Shown: positions 8,685 through 17,828 of the stretch, in pieces
How the letters are laid out: each line of letters opens with the position of its first letter
How positions within the stretch are numbered: position 1 is the first letter of the stretch
Source of the DNA: Escherichia phage P2_AC1
Sequence record: NC_070903.1
Reading direction: 5' to 3' (one strand)
Length of the DNA: 33,349 nucleotides
The notes under the pieces: generated by a model
Told to the model about the DNA's origin: nothing
Databases searched by the model: none
Seen by the model: only the letters and a program-made list of their open reading frames with translations
Translations under genes and position numbers: made by a program

Positions 8685-8978
8685 ATGAAATTAAGCGAAA
8701 AGATTAAGGCCTTGCGTGAGGCTGAAGGGCTAAGCCAATCAAAATTCTGTGAAATCATAGAGTTACCGCTAAGCACACTTAAAAAATATGAAGGAGGAAA
8801 CTTTGAACCCGGTGGCACAGCTTTGCTAAAAATCACTATGCATCCCACATTCCAAAAATATGCTCTATGGCTTATGACAGATAAAACCGCGCCGGACGCA
8901 GGACAAATCGCACCGGCTCTCGCGCACATTGGGCCAGAGTCAACAGAGTCCAACCACTCCGCGAAAAGGATTGGCTAA
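8685..8978 (+). CDS. C: immunity repressor C (HTH, XRE-like)
   Basis: 97-aa ORF; C-terminal QIAPALAH and YALWLMTDKTAP resemble P2 C as remembered; N-terminal helix-turn-helix region differs. Confidence 0.85.
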   Translation: MKLSEKIKALREAEGLSQSKFCEIIELPLSTLKKYEGGNFEPGGTALLKITMHPTFQKYALWLMTDKTAPDAGQIAPALAHIGPESTESNHSAKRIG

Positions 8979-9017
8979 CTCTATATAAAGATTACATTTT
9001 CACCATTTGCTACCAAG

Positions 9018-10028
9018 ATGGTGAATACAGCGCCGGAGGGCTTTCTTATGGCAATTAAGAAGCTCGATGATGGTCGCTATGAAGTGGACATTAGACCTCG
9101 CGGTCGCGACGGAAAACGCATCCGCAGGAAATTCGAAAGAAAAGCTGAGGCACTAGCATTTGAGCGATACACAATCGCCAATGCCAGTCAGAAAGAATGG
9201 GGAGGCCAGCGAGCAGACCGCCGGACTTTGAGTGAGTTGCTGGACATCTGGTGGAAATATCACGGGCAAAACCACGAGCATGGAACAAAAGAGTTTAATC
9301 ATCTACTCAAAACCATCAGCGGCATAGGTGATATACCAGTGAGCAGGATGAGCAAAAGGGCTTTGATGGATTATCGTTCCATGCGACTACGTGATGGTAT
9401 CAGTGCCGCAACGATAAACCGTGACATGTACCGATTATCCGGCATGTTCACAAAATTAATTCAATTGGATGAATTTTCCGGGCAACACCCAATTCACGGA
9501 CTGCCGCCACTGGCGGAGGCCAACCCTGAAATGACGTTCCTGGAAAAAGCAGAAATCGAAAAACTGTTAAATGTTTTGGCTGGTGATGACTTACTTGTCG
9601 CGCTTTTATGTCTGAGCACTGGAGGAAGATGGACGGAAGTTGCCACGCTAAAACCAGCACAGATTACAAATTGCAGGGTTACCTTCCTGAAAACCAAAAA
9701 CGGTAAAAAGCGAACCGTGCCGATTTCTGAGGAACTGGAGAAAAAAGTTAAAGAGGAGGCCAGCGCCAAATTATTCAAAGTTAATTATGAGAAATTTTGC
9801 GGGATTTTACGCAGAGTGAAACCTGATATACCACCCAATCAGGCAACCCACATCCTGCGGCATACATTCGCAAGCCATTTCATGATGAATGGGGGCAATA
9901 TAATCGCACTGCAACAGATTCTGGGACATGCGAGCATTCAGCAGACGATGGCCTATGCGCACCTTGCGCCTGACTATCTGCAAAATGCCGTCGCTCTGAA
10001 TCCACTAAAAGGCGGAGTGACGTTATAA
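9018..10028 (+). CDS. int: tyrosine integrase (P2 Int type)
   Basis: ORF with MAIKKLDDGRYEVDIRPRGRDGKRIRRKF start (likely true ATG at 9048), C-terminal HxLRHTF...H...Y catalytic region; reads toward attP as in P2. Confidence 0.95.
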   Translation: MVNTAPEGFLMAIKKLDDGRYEVDIRPRGRDGKRIRRKFERKAEALAFERYTIANASQKEWGGQRADRRTLSELLDIWWKYHGQNHEHGTKEFNHLLKTISGIGDIPVSRMSKRALMDYRSMRLRDGISAATINRDMYRLSGMFTKLIQLDEFSGQHPIHGLPPLAEANPEMTFLEKAEIEKLLNVLAGDDLLVALLCLSTGGRWTEVATLKPAQITNCRVTFLKTKNGKKRTVPISEELEKKVKEEASAKLFKVNYEKFCGILRRVKPDIPPNQATHILRHTFASHFMMNGGNIIALQQILGHASIQQTMAYAHLAPDYLQNAVALNPLKGGVTL

Positions 10029-10043
10029 ATTTCCCCCTCTGAG

Positions 10044-10062
10044 TGTCCACATAGTGTCCACA
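10044..10062 (+). repeat. integrase arm-type binding site pair (TGTCCACATAGTGTCCACA)
   Basis: Tandem 8-mers 3 bp apart, immediately after the int stop. Confidence 0.55.
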
Positions 10063-10146
10063 CTCAAGAAATTTTGAAACCGCTCCAAACCCTTACAGCT
10101 TTCGATAAGTACCTGTTTTTACTTTTGATTGCATGTAAGTAATTGA

Positions 10147-10174
10147 TAAAAAAAACCCCCACATCATGTGGGGG
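10147..10174 (-). terminator. rho-independent terminator of the D-ogr late transcript inside attP
   Basis: Palindrome cccccacat-c-atgtggggg followed on the minus strand by a run of 9 U (A9 at 10147-10155 on plus). Confidence 0.6.
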
Positions 10175-10239
10175 AAGACAGGGATGGTGTCACAAAAAAG
10201 CACCTAACCTGATGATATAAATGGATTTATATCAAACGC

Positions 10240-10258
10240 TGTCCACATAGCGTCCACA
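10240..10258 (+). repeat. integrase arm-type binding site pair (TGTCCACATAGCGTCCACA)
   Basis: Direct repeat of the 10044-10062 element, 196 bp away on the other side of attP. Confidence 0.55.
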
Positions 10259-10272
10259 TCGACCATAAATAA

Positions 10273-10299
10273 AGCCCCTCAACTGAGGGGCTATTTTTG
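10273..10299 (+). terminator. rho-independent terminator (plus-strand, possibly for C-int read-through; weaker on minus)
   Basis: Stem agcccctc / gaggggct with loop aact, followed by atttttgt. Confidence 0.5.
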
Positions 10300-10302
10300 T
10301 GA

Positions 10303-10521
10303 TTACATCCACATAATTTGCTGTCCTGACGGCAACGGGTGCGGCCTTACGGCATGGACTTCTCCCGGCTTCACGATGTATCGCTGTACCGACTCATAAG
10401 TGATGAACGTGGCGCTGCAATTCACGTTCTGACACTGGTGATAACGCTCTTTTGTCGTGTCAGTGATATAGCGGCTTGTACGCGCATGTGCGGCATGCTG
10501 GCATAAAGGACAATGAAACAT
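10303..10521 (-). CDS. ogr: Ogr, zinc-finger late-gene transcription activator
   Basis: MFHCPLCQHAAHARTSRYITDTTKERYHQCQNVNCSATF... (72 aa from the internal Met; the ORF track extends upstream to 10584); C-x2-C...C-x4-C zinc motif. Confidence 0.9.
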   Translation of the reverse strand: MFHCPLCQHAAHARTSRYITDTTKERYHQCQNVNCSATFITYESVQRYIVKPGEVHAVRPHPLPSGQQIMWM

Positions 10522-10602
10522 CGCGAGCACCTCTTCCGGTTTTGTTGATGGTGCCATTTTAGTTAATTTATCCTTATAAAACAAACAGATAAATAAATTA
10601 CA

Positions 10603-11766
10603 TCACTCATCATCTTCTGTTTCGTACTCCACATCAGAAAGCCTGACCTCAAGCTCCAGGGACGTCGTGAAGCCGCTATTATTCAGAAAATGTGTCACCT
10701 TAGTGATTGTCCAGTCCTGCTCGTCTATGACGCGCTTAAAGCCTGACACTCTGACCGGCGTTTCCGTGTAAATATCTGCCCGACCAGTAGCCAGGCTGAT
10801 GGAGAACTCCGCAACACCCCGTTGCAGTTTATCCCACTTCGCCTGAGCGGCGCGCATGGCCTGTGCTTTCGTGGCATATACCGTGGTCAGGGCAAAAACG
10901 TTGTCAGCCTCACCGGCCATGTATTCACCTTCGCGCGCTTCCGGTACTTTTGGCTCTTTCTTCTGCGTGACCGGTTTCGCTTTCGGGTGCTCCAGTGCGC
11001 GCAGGTGTTTCTCTTTCTTTTTGCGTTTCAGTTTTACCTTCTGCTTTTGCGGCTTCGGGTCTTTGGTGTGTAACCACTTTGCCGTTACGCCTGTGTAGGC
11101 TCCACGGTCAGCAATCGCAAAATGATGACGGTCGCCGTCGCTGCGGGTGATGGTAATCTGCGGGATTTTTTTACCGCTGGCCGTCACCCCCTGCCCCGCT
11201 TTGAGAAACAGCAGTTTTCCCATTTTTACCGACACCTCACCGCCGTTGCGTTCAGCAAGACGGGTCAGGAATTTCGCATCGGACTCCTGCGACTGGTCGA
11301 TGTGCGGGATTTTAATTCCGGCCAGTGACGGAGCGACACTGGCTTCCAGCCTGTTACGGGAGGCTATCGCCTCAACAATCGCACCGAGCGTGGTGTCATG
11401 CCAGGAGCCTTCACGGCGGGAATTGAGCGTCCCGCGAAAATCTGCACTCCGGGCGCGGATGGTAACCACATCCGGCGCGCCCCGGTGTTCAACCTCATCA
11501 ACGGTAAATTTCCCTTTGCATACCAGGGCAAAACCTTTCCAGCCGATATACACCGTCAGGACAGCGCCACGAACCGGCAGCCCGACCTGCCCGTCGGCAT
11601 CGTTCAGTTCAATATCAAGCTGGTCAGCCTCAAAGCCCCGGTTATCCGTCAGGGTCATGCTCATCAGACGGTCGCTGATATTGCCGGTAATATCCCTGCT
11701 GTCGAGCATCAGCATGTAATCCGGCGTCAGCGTACTGCCTGCATCAAATGTCAGCGCATCCAGCAT
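10603..11766 (-). CDS. D: tail protein gpD
   Basis: 387-aa ORF matching P2 gpD length and position (last late gene before ogr). Confidence 0.95.
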   Translation of the reverse strand: MLDALTFDAGSTLTPDYMLMLDSRDITGNISDRLMSMTLTDNRGFEADQLDIELNDADGQVGLPVRGAVLTVYIGWKGFALVCKGKFTVDEVEHRGAPDVVTIRARSADFRGTLNSRREGSWHDTTLGAIVEAIASRNRLEASVAPSLAGIKIPHIDQSQESDAKFLTRLAERNGGEVSVKMGKLLFLKAGQGVTASGKKIPQITITRSDGDRHHFAIADRGAYTGVTAKWLHTKDPKPQKQKVKLKRKKKEKHLRALEHPKAKPVTQKKEPKVPEAREGEYMAGEADNVFALTTVYATKAQAMRAAQAKWDKLQRGVAEFSISLATGRADIYTETPVRVSGFKRVIDEQDWTITKVTHFLNNSGFTTSLELEVRLSDVEYETEDDE

Positions 11767-12245
11767 TATCCCGCCCCCGTCATACCTGTGAATCTGGTCG
11801 CCATACTGCCGGCCTTACCGATGAGCGATTCCGCCTGTTTACCGATATCGCCATAAAGCGCGGCCAGTGATTCATCAACGCGGGTGAGTGACAGCGTAAA
11901 ATCAATTTTCCGGGGTGTGCCGTCTGCAAAGAAAATACTCCCTGTTTCACTCACCCTGCTGATGACATACATGCCGTAAATCATGCCGGTGCCATCCAGC
12001 AACGGCCACGCCCGCCCCTCCTCTGCCATCAGCCTGAGCGTGGTCATCGTCAGCTTGCCGCCGGTCAGTTCGGGATAAAGCACACCGGCAAGCGTGATGT
12101 TTTCCTCACCCACACCGAGAAACTGAAAAGCGTCCCGTTTACCGATACGGGAATTTGACGGCCAGCGATAATCTGATTCACGCTGCATGGTCTGGTGTGG
12201 CAGCGTCTGGCGCATAAAAACAAACATACCTAACGCGAGCATCAT
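11766..12245 (-). CDS. U: tail protein gpU
   Basis: 159-aa ORF, position and length as P2 gpU; stop overlaps the D start. Confidence 0.95.
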   Translation of the reverse strand: MMLALGMFVFMRQTLPHQTMQRESDYRWPSNSRIGKRDAFQFLGVGEENITLAGVLYPELTGGKLTMTTLRLMAEEGRAWPLLDGTGMIYGMYVISRVSETGSIFFADGTPRKIDFTLSLTRVDESLAALYGDIGKQAESLIGKAGSMATRFTGMTGAG

Positions 12246-12259
12246 TTTTCGTCACCTCC

Positions 12260-14707
12260 TTAACCGTCATGCATCATGCTGGCACGGGCGCGCGCACGTT
12301 TATCCCGCTCGTATTTTTCGAGCGCATCCTGTAACTGGCGGTCAAGCTGTGTTCCCGGCGCAGTACCGCCCGTCAGGTTGATGTGATATTCGTTTTTACT
12401 CTGGTCCACATAAGAGCGGCCAGCCGGTGCCGTAACCGGCTGATAAGCCTGATAGCCTGCATAAGAGCTGGTCGCCGGAATATAACCACCGGTGCCATAC
12501 GTGGCGGCATGAGTTCTGGCTGCGGTCTGGTCAAGTGTGTCTGACTCTTTGTTGATAACACCGAGTTTTTCCAGTACCCAGTCAATACCGCTGCGCAGTT
12601 TGTTGAACGCATTAAGCGGCAGCATCAGCGCGTCAGCCAGTGCCTGCCCGAACATGACGCCCGTGTCACGGCAACGGTTCAGGGTGTCCTGTGTGGCTTT
12701 GACCGGGGCAATCAGGTTTTTAAACCACTGCCACGCGGCCTGTAACTTTTCGCCCAGCCAGTCAAACACCGGCTTCAGTGGCGTGAACAGTTCTCCCACC
12801 GGCGCAAATGCCGCTTTCAGCCCTTCCACCACACCGCCAAAGAATGCGCTGACAGGCTCCCAGTATTTACGGATAAGCAACGCCCCGGCGACAATTGCAG
12901 CCACCACGGCCACAACCGGCCAGCTAATCGCCCCGATGGCCGTCATAACAGCACTGCCAACCGTCGTGAAGATTGCCCCCATTGCGCCTGCTGCCGCGAT
13001 AATGGCATTGATGCCGGTGATAACCGGCCAGGCTACAAGACCAATGGCACCGATGACACCAATCAGCGCCAGTGCACCACCGACAATGAGGCCGATGGTT
13101 GATGCCAGTGATTTGTTTTTCTGGATCCAGCCGTCGAGTTTTAACACATACTTTGTGGCCGTCTGCGTGAGCTTACGCAGCGCGCCTTCCTGCTGGTCAA
13201 ACAGGTCAGTCCCCACCGCCTCATAAGCGGACTGAAACTCCTTAAAGTCACCGCCGAGGTTATCCTGCATGATTTTAACCAGCTCTTCCGTTTTACCGTC
13301 CGAGGCTTTCAGCGTGGCGGTCAGCGTATCCAGTTTTCCGCTTGCTGCCGCTGCCAGTAAAACGTTCGCTGATTTCAGGGCTTCCTCACCAAAAATGGTT
13401 TTAAGGTATTCCCCCTTCTGAGACGTTCCCAGCTTGTGTTTATCAAAGCTGGCCTGAATCTCTTTCAGAATGGTGAACAACGGACGCATATTTCCCTTTT
13501 TGTCCGAGGTTTTAACGCCAAGCTCTTTGAGTGCATCCCATGCTTTTCCAGTCGGTGCCTGTAATCGGGTGACAACGGCACTGCTACCCGTACCCGCCAT
13601 TGACCCCCTGATGTTATTGTCATGCAGCACACCTGTCATGGCCGCTGCCTGTTCAAGACTTACACCTGCCGTCCTCGCAACCGGCCCGAGGTAAGTCAGT
13701 GCATCACTGAGTCCCTGAAAATCAGCCGCCGACTTATTCATCGTTGCCGACAACACGTCGCCCACATGGCTGACATCATCATTTGACAGTTGAAAGGATG
13801 CCTTAGTCCCCAGCAACAGTTGCGCGTTTTCTTCCATCGACCGCTGATTCGCCAGTGCCATATTCAGCGTGACCGGCGTTGCCGCCTGAATGGCATCAAC
13901 ATCCCCACCGGCTTTCGCAATAATAATCTGCGCACCGGCTGCATCATCTGCCGAGGCTGCGGTATTGTCGCCGAGCTGACGCGCCTGCTTGCGTAGTGCA
14001 GCCATTTCGGCGGAGTCTTTTGCCACACCGAGCACGGCCTGCAATTCTGAGTTTTTCTGCGCAAACTCATAACCTGGCATCAGCAGCTTAACACCGGCCA
14101 TCGTTCCCGCCGCCGCAATCCCCACACCGGCAGCGCCCACTGAGGCCATATTTCCGGCCAGTTCTTTTCCGGCCTGATAACGCTGTTTGACTGCGTTAAG
14201 TTTTGACTGTTGTGCACTGACACGCGCCAGTGCGTCGCGCTGACGGTTAAGCTGTGCGGTGGTTTCACTGATACGGTTTTTCAGCCCCTGCTCATCATGT
14301 GCAAGATTGCGGGTATTAATTCCCACAGCGGCCAGTTCCCGCTGCTGGCGTTTAACGGAATCCGTCAGGCGGTTATATTTCGCCTGTAAGTCTTCCGCCG
14401 CTCGCTTTGCTGATTCCAGCACTTTCGCCTGAGCACGGGTCGGACGTTCGGTGTTTTTAAACTGTGTGGCAAGGGCTTCGGCTTCCTGCCGTGCCTTTTC
14501 AAGCGCATGACCAGTCACGGCGAGCTGTGCACTGGTCTTGCGGAATCCCTCAATACGGGATGCGTGACCGTTCAGCTCGCGCAGTGATTTTTGTGTTTCC
14601 CGGATATCCCCCGACAGCGACTTACTCGCTGTACGGATGGATTTAAACGGGCGGGATGCCTGGTCAACAGCCCTGAGCAATACCTGTAATTTTACATTGT
14701 TACTCAT
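12260..14707 (-). CDS. T: tail tape measure protein gpT
   Basis: 815-aa ORF; coiled-coil N-terminus, Gly/Ala-rich hydrophobic central segment; same length as P2 gpT. Confidence 0.95.
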   Translation of the reverse strand: MSNNVKLQVLLRAVDQASRPFKSIRTASKSLSGDIRETQKSLRELNGHASRIEGFRKTSAQLAVTGHALEKARQEAEALATQFKNTERPTRAQAKVLESAKRAAEDLQAKYNRLTDSVKRQQRELAAVGINTRNLAHDEQGLKNRISETTAQLNRQRDALARVSAQQSKLNAVKQRYQAGKELAGNMASVGAAGVGIAAAGTMAGVKLLMPGYEFAQKNSELQAVLGVAKDSAEMAALRKQARQLGDNTAASADDAAGAQIIIAKAGGDVDAIQAATPVTLNMALANQRSMEENAQLLLGTKASFQLSNDDVSHVGDVLSATMNKSAADFQGLSDALTYLGPVARTAGVSLEQAAAMTGVLHDNNIRGSMAGTGSSAVVTRLQAPTGKAWDALKELGVKTSDKKGNMRPLFTILKEIQASFDKHKLGTSQKGEYLKTIFGEEALKSANVLLAAAASGKLDTLTATLKASDGKTEELVKIMQDNLGGDFKEFQSAYEAVGTDLFDQQEGALRKLTQTATKYVLKLDGWIQKNKSLASTIGLIVGGALALIGVIGAIGLVAWPVITGINAIIAAAGAMGAIFTTVGSAVMTAIGAISWPVVAVVAAIVAGALLIRKYWEPVSAFFGGVVEGLKAAFAPVGELFTPLKPVFDWLGEKLQAAWQWFKNLIAPVKATQDTLNRCRDTGVMFGQALADALMLPLNAFNKLRSGIDWVLEKLGVINKESDTLDQTAARTHAATYGTGGYIPATSSYAGYQAYQPVTAPAGRSYVDQSKNEYHINLTGGTAPGTQLDRQLQDALEKYERDKRARARASMMHDG

Positions 14708-15127
14708 TCGTGTTTCCGCTTCGCCGGAGCGCCTTTTCGCGCCATGTGATGAGTTCGGTCAGGCTCATGGGATACAGTTCTGATGGCGGCCAGTGAAATA
14801 TCACTGCCACATCCGCCATCAGGTCATCGACCGACAGATTTTTCGGGAACGTTACTGCACCGAGTTCGGCGACAAAAAACCGACCACCTTACCGGCCAGC
14901 GCCACAAGGTCAGGCAGTTCCAGCGCGGCGACTTCCTGCTCGGTCAGCATCGGTGCCGTCATGCGCGGCAGCACCTTAATCAGTGCATCGACTTCGGAGT
15001 TCGCGACCGCTGCCAGACTGACACCGCGCAGCGTCCCGGCACTGGGTTTCATCAGCGTGACCTGTTCGATAACCTGCTCACCACGTTTGACCGGATTGTC
15101 CAGGGTAATGACGTTTTCTTTGTTCAT
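14700..15127 (-). CDS. E': gpE+E' -1 frameshift fusion product (about 142 aa)
   Basis: Hand translation: after the slippery heptamer the -1 frame stays open for 58 codons (FVAELGAVTFPKNLSVDDLMADVAVIFHWPPSELYPMSLTELITWREKALRRSGNTNE) and stops at 14700-14702, overlapping the T start codon. Confidence 0.75.
14852..15127 (-). CDS. E: tail assembly chaperone gpE
   Basis: 91-aa ORF directly downstream of FII, as in P2. Confidence 0.9.
   Translation of the reverse strand: MNKENVITLDNPVKRGEQVIEQVTLMKPSAGTLRGVSLAAVANSEVDALIKVLPRMTAPMLTEQEVAALELPDLVALAGKVVGFLSPNSVQ
14873..14879 (-). other. programmed -1 ribosomal frameshift slippery site T_TTT_TTG
   Basis: Minus-strand GGT TTT TTG in the E zero frame, 8 codons before the E stop; analogous to lambda G/GT. 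Confidence 0.75.
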
Positions 15128-15183
15128 GGTTTTCTCACTTCTGAATCGTGGTTAACCGGTCAGCCAGGCTGACCGGATGAAAA

Positions 15184-15702
15184 TCACAGGCCGATATTGC
15201 GGCGGTGTTGCTCCAGCCGGTCGACGCCGTTCACCTTCTCAATCATGTTGATGGTGTCGATTTCGACCAGCTCCTTACCGTCCATCGTCAGCCGGAAATA
15301 GGTGCAGACCACGGAGATTTTCGACTCGGTGTCTTCTCCCTGCTTGCCCTCGCCGGTGTCGATTTCTTTCTGACGTCCACGCATGACCACCTCGACGGCT
15401 ACCGTTTCGCCGGTATCGTCGCGCTGGTAAGAGCCTGCAAAACGAATCGGTACGGCATCCACACCGGTTGCGGCGTAAAGCTCCCAGATAACCGAATCCG
15501 GGAAGCCACCGAGCGACCACTCCATTGACAGCGCATCGTCATCAAGGCCGAGGTCTACCGGTGCGCTGCCGTTCATCCCCGCACCTCGATAGTTTTCGAG
15601 CTTACGGGTCAGTTTTGGCAGCGTGACGGACTTCGCGACGCCCTGATAGCTGTAGCCGTTCAGAAAGACGTTCATTAACTTGAGTTTGCGCGGCATTGCC
15701 AT
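15184..15702 (-). CDS. FII: tail tube protein FII
   Basis: 172-aa ORF, P2 FII length and position. Confidence 0.95.
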   Translation of the reverse strand: MAMPRKLKLMNVFLNGYSYQGVAKSVTLPKLTRKLENYRGAGMNGSAPVDLGLDDDALSMEWSLGGFPDSVIWELYAATGVDAVPIRFAGSYQRDDTGETVAVEVVMRGRQKEIDTGEGKQGEDTESKISVVCTYFRLTMDGKELVEIDTINMIEKVNGVDRLEQHRRNIGL

Positions 15703-15714
15703 CGGTCAGGCTCC

Positions 15715-16905
15715 TTAATTGCTGTTAACCAAGGTGACCAGATTTGCCAGGTATTTATCGGTAATACGCTGGCGCAGGGTCAGGTTTTCGAGAGGAGGCA
15801 CCGGTGTATAGTCGTAGTCGATATACAATTTTCCGGCCTTGAGGGTTTCCGCATCGTTGGATTCTTCGCTGAACCAGCAGGTCGCATCCACGATATAGCC
15901 GTTTGTTTTCAGCTCACGGAATTTGGCATTGATGCCGTCAACGATGTCGCGAATCAGCGTTGCAGTGATGGGCTTGTCCACCGCCCACATGTGCGCCTCA
16001 GCCATCGTGTCGGCCAGCACCTGCGCGGTGCGGGTGTAGTTTTCAAAGAGGAACAGCGGGTCATCAGAGCAGGTACGGTTACCCCAGAAGCGGAAACCGT
16101 CACGGCGAATCAGCGTTGTGACACCTGACTCGTTCAACAGGTCAGCATCGGTGCCGGACTCCTGCAAATCCCAGAATACAGAGGCACTGATGCCGGTAAC
16201 ACCGTTTACCCCGACGTTGGACAGCGTTTTATGCCAGCCCTGCTCCTGGTCGATTTTAGCGCGCAGGCCCAGCGCACGGGCGGTGGCATACGCGGTGGCG
16301 GTGGTACTGGCGACCGTATCCCATGCGAGGAAATCCGGCCAGATGACCATCAGCTCACGCTGGCTGAAATTCTGGCGGTAGGCTTTCACCTCGGAAATGG
16401 TTTTACAGCCCCATGCGCTGATATACCCGAAAGCGCGCAGCTTCTGACAGACGGATGCCAGTGCAACAGCCACCTCTTTGGTGTCCAGTCCCGGCACACC
16501 GAGAATACGCGGTTTAACACCGGTAACCGACTCCGCCGCCAGCAGGGCTTTCAGTCCGGTGTACTGACCGTTTTCGTCGGTGGTGCCGATGATATTGGAA
16601 ACAGTCTGCGCGAGTTTCGTTTCTTCGTCGTCGCCGGTGCCGTCTTCCACGCGCACAACAACGGTGACCGGTTTTGACTGGTCAGCGATGGCCTGCAACG
16701 ATGCCGCCAGCGTGCCTTTTTTACCGGCCTTTGCAATTGCGCTCTGCACATTGGTAATCAGCACCGGTTTATTGAGGGGGAAGGTTTCCGCATCCGCATC
16801 GCTGGCCGTGCAGACCATGCCGACAATGGCCGTGGATACGGTGGAAATGACGCGGGTGCCGTCGTTAATTTCCAGCACCTGCACGCCGTGATGATAGTCA
16901 CTCAT
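15715..16905 (-). CDS. FI: contractile tail sheath protein FI
   Basis: 396-aa ORF, P2 FI length and position. Confidence 0.95.
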   Translation of the reverse strand: MSDYHHGVQVLEINDGTRVISTVSTAIVGMVCTASDADAETFPLNKPVLITNVQSAIAKAGKKGTLAASLQAIADQSKPVTVVVRVEDGTGDDEETKLAQTVSNIIGTTDENGQYTGLKALLAAESVTGVKPRILGVPGLDTKEVAVALASVCQKLRAFGYISAWGCKTISEVKAYRQNFSQRELMVIWPDFLAWDTVASTTATAYATARALGLRAKIDQEQGWHKTLSNVGVNGVTGISASVFWDLQESGTDADLLNESGVTTLIRRDGFRFWGNRTCSDDPLFLFENYTRTAQVLADTMAEAHMWAVDKPITATLIRDIVDGINAKFRELKTNGYIVDATCWFSEESNDAETLKAGKLYIDYDYTPVPPLENLTLRQRITDKYLANLVTLVNSN

Positions 16906-17000
16906 CCGTTTAACTCCGTGGTTAATGGGTGCAACTATTTTCCGTTGGGTAGTGCATGAGACGCTATTTAACCTGGCTGGTCAGTGGATGAAACAACAGA

Positions 17001-17027
17001 TAAAGAAAAAGCGGGCAATTCGCCCGC
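17001..17027 (-). terminator. rho-independent terminator between the G-FI cargo gene and FI
   Basis: Stem gcgggc / gcccgc with 5-nt loop, followed on the minus strand by tttttcttta. Confidence 0.5.
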
Positions 17028-17234
17028 CTGTCCTGATTTGTACACACTCATTTTCCGACTGACAATTTACATAACCCAAAAGTTATCAAATATGACAGTC
17101 TGCTTTGAGCAAGAAGCGGACATTTGCCTGTCAGGGTATATGCCGCTCTGCGGTTATTATCCAGAATCAATAATTCATCTGAGTTGGATTACATATAAAA
17201 CATAGTTATCCCATGAATAACCATTAGCAGATCA

Positions 17235-17828
17235 TCAATTATGTAAATCTTTTGTTTCAGGTTTTTTGAGGTGTTGTGACAACAAATGGCTATAGCGTTT
17301 AAGCAAAATATTAGAAAGATTAAACTCATTCATGAAGTGTTCTTCTAATAAGTAACCATCAATATCAACTTTAATATCATTATTACTTTTCATCTTCTGT
17401 AACGTAGATTTTACACGCTCCAGCAGGATGCTTTGCTCATGGTAATAGTCCATAAGAAGAGTAACATCCTCTTTATCAAGTTTACTTAATTCACTGAAGT
17501 AGGCTTTAAACACTTTATCAGTCTGGTTTAATGCAACCTGTAAGCGAGGCCCTCCTAATGATTTGACATTAATGGCAAAAGGCTCGCCAACAAAATGCTC
17601 CGAATTTTCGTCAAAGCCAATATGTCTCGTTTTATCAAGAAAAGTGAGAGCGCGATGGTTATTAGCGATTTCATATGCAAACATTGTTCTGATACTGTCC
17701 CTCTCAGCCTCCATGCTTATATCATCACGGTGATTTGTATAAAATATATTTCCAACAAAGAGAACCATAGCAAGAATCACTGAACTTGCCTCCCAGTTAA
17801 TATTTTTTAATCGTCGCTTAGTAAACAT
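17235..17828 (-). CDS. hypothetical membrane-anchored cargo protein in the Z/fun variable locus
   Basis: 197-aa ORF, AAGGTG RBS 5 nt before ATG; N-terminal signal-anchor helix (about res 14-36), remainder soluble; AT-rich island 16906-18049 between G and FI. Confidence 0.6.
   Translation of the reverse strand: MFTKRRLKNINWEASSVILAMVLFVGNIFYTNHRDDISMEAERDSIRTMFAYEIANNHRALTFLDKTRHIGFDENSEHFVGEPFAINVKSLGGPRLQVALNQTDKVFKAYFSELSKLDKEDVTLLMDYYHEQSILLERVKSTLQKMKSNNDIKVDIDGYLLEEHFMNEFNLSNILLKRYSHLLSQHLKKPETKDLHN

Larger units (their letters stand above)
10029..10302. other. attP region (core position not resolved) between int and ogr
   Basis: Non-coding gap flanked by two pairs of TGTCCACA-type direct repeats (rc of the TGTGGACA arm-site motif known for P2 Int) and containing two terminator hairpins; the P2 core sequence itself was not found. 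Confidence 0.6.

Noticed and set aside
11147-11719. 190-aa plus-strand ORF, and similar long ORFs (10822-11098 +, 12537-13226 +, 20424-21134 +, 27457-28056 +, 30394-31104 -)
   Set aside because: All lie antisense to or overlap well-supported backbone genes (D, T, I/J, M, P) in GC-rich DNA where spurious open frames are common; their translations are low-complexity (Ser/Ala/Arg/Pro-rich).
16984-17205. 73-aa plus-strand ORF in the G-FI intergenic island
   Set aside because: No RBS, overlaps the terminator hairpin and the likely FI late-promoter region, AT-rich low-complexity translation; more likely regulatory DNA.
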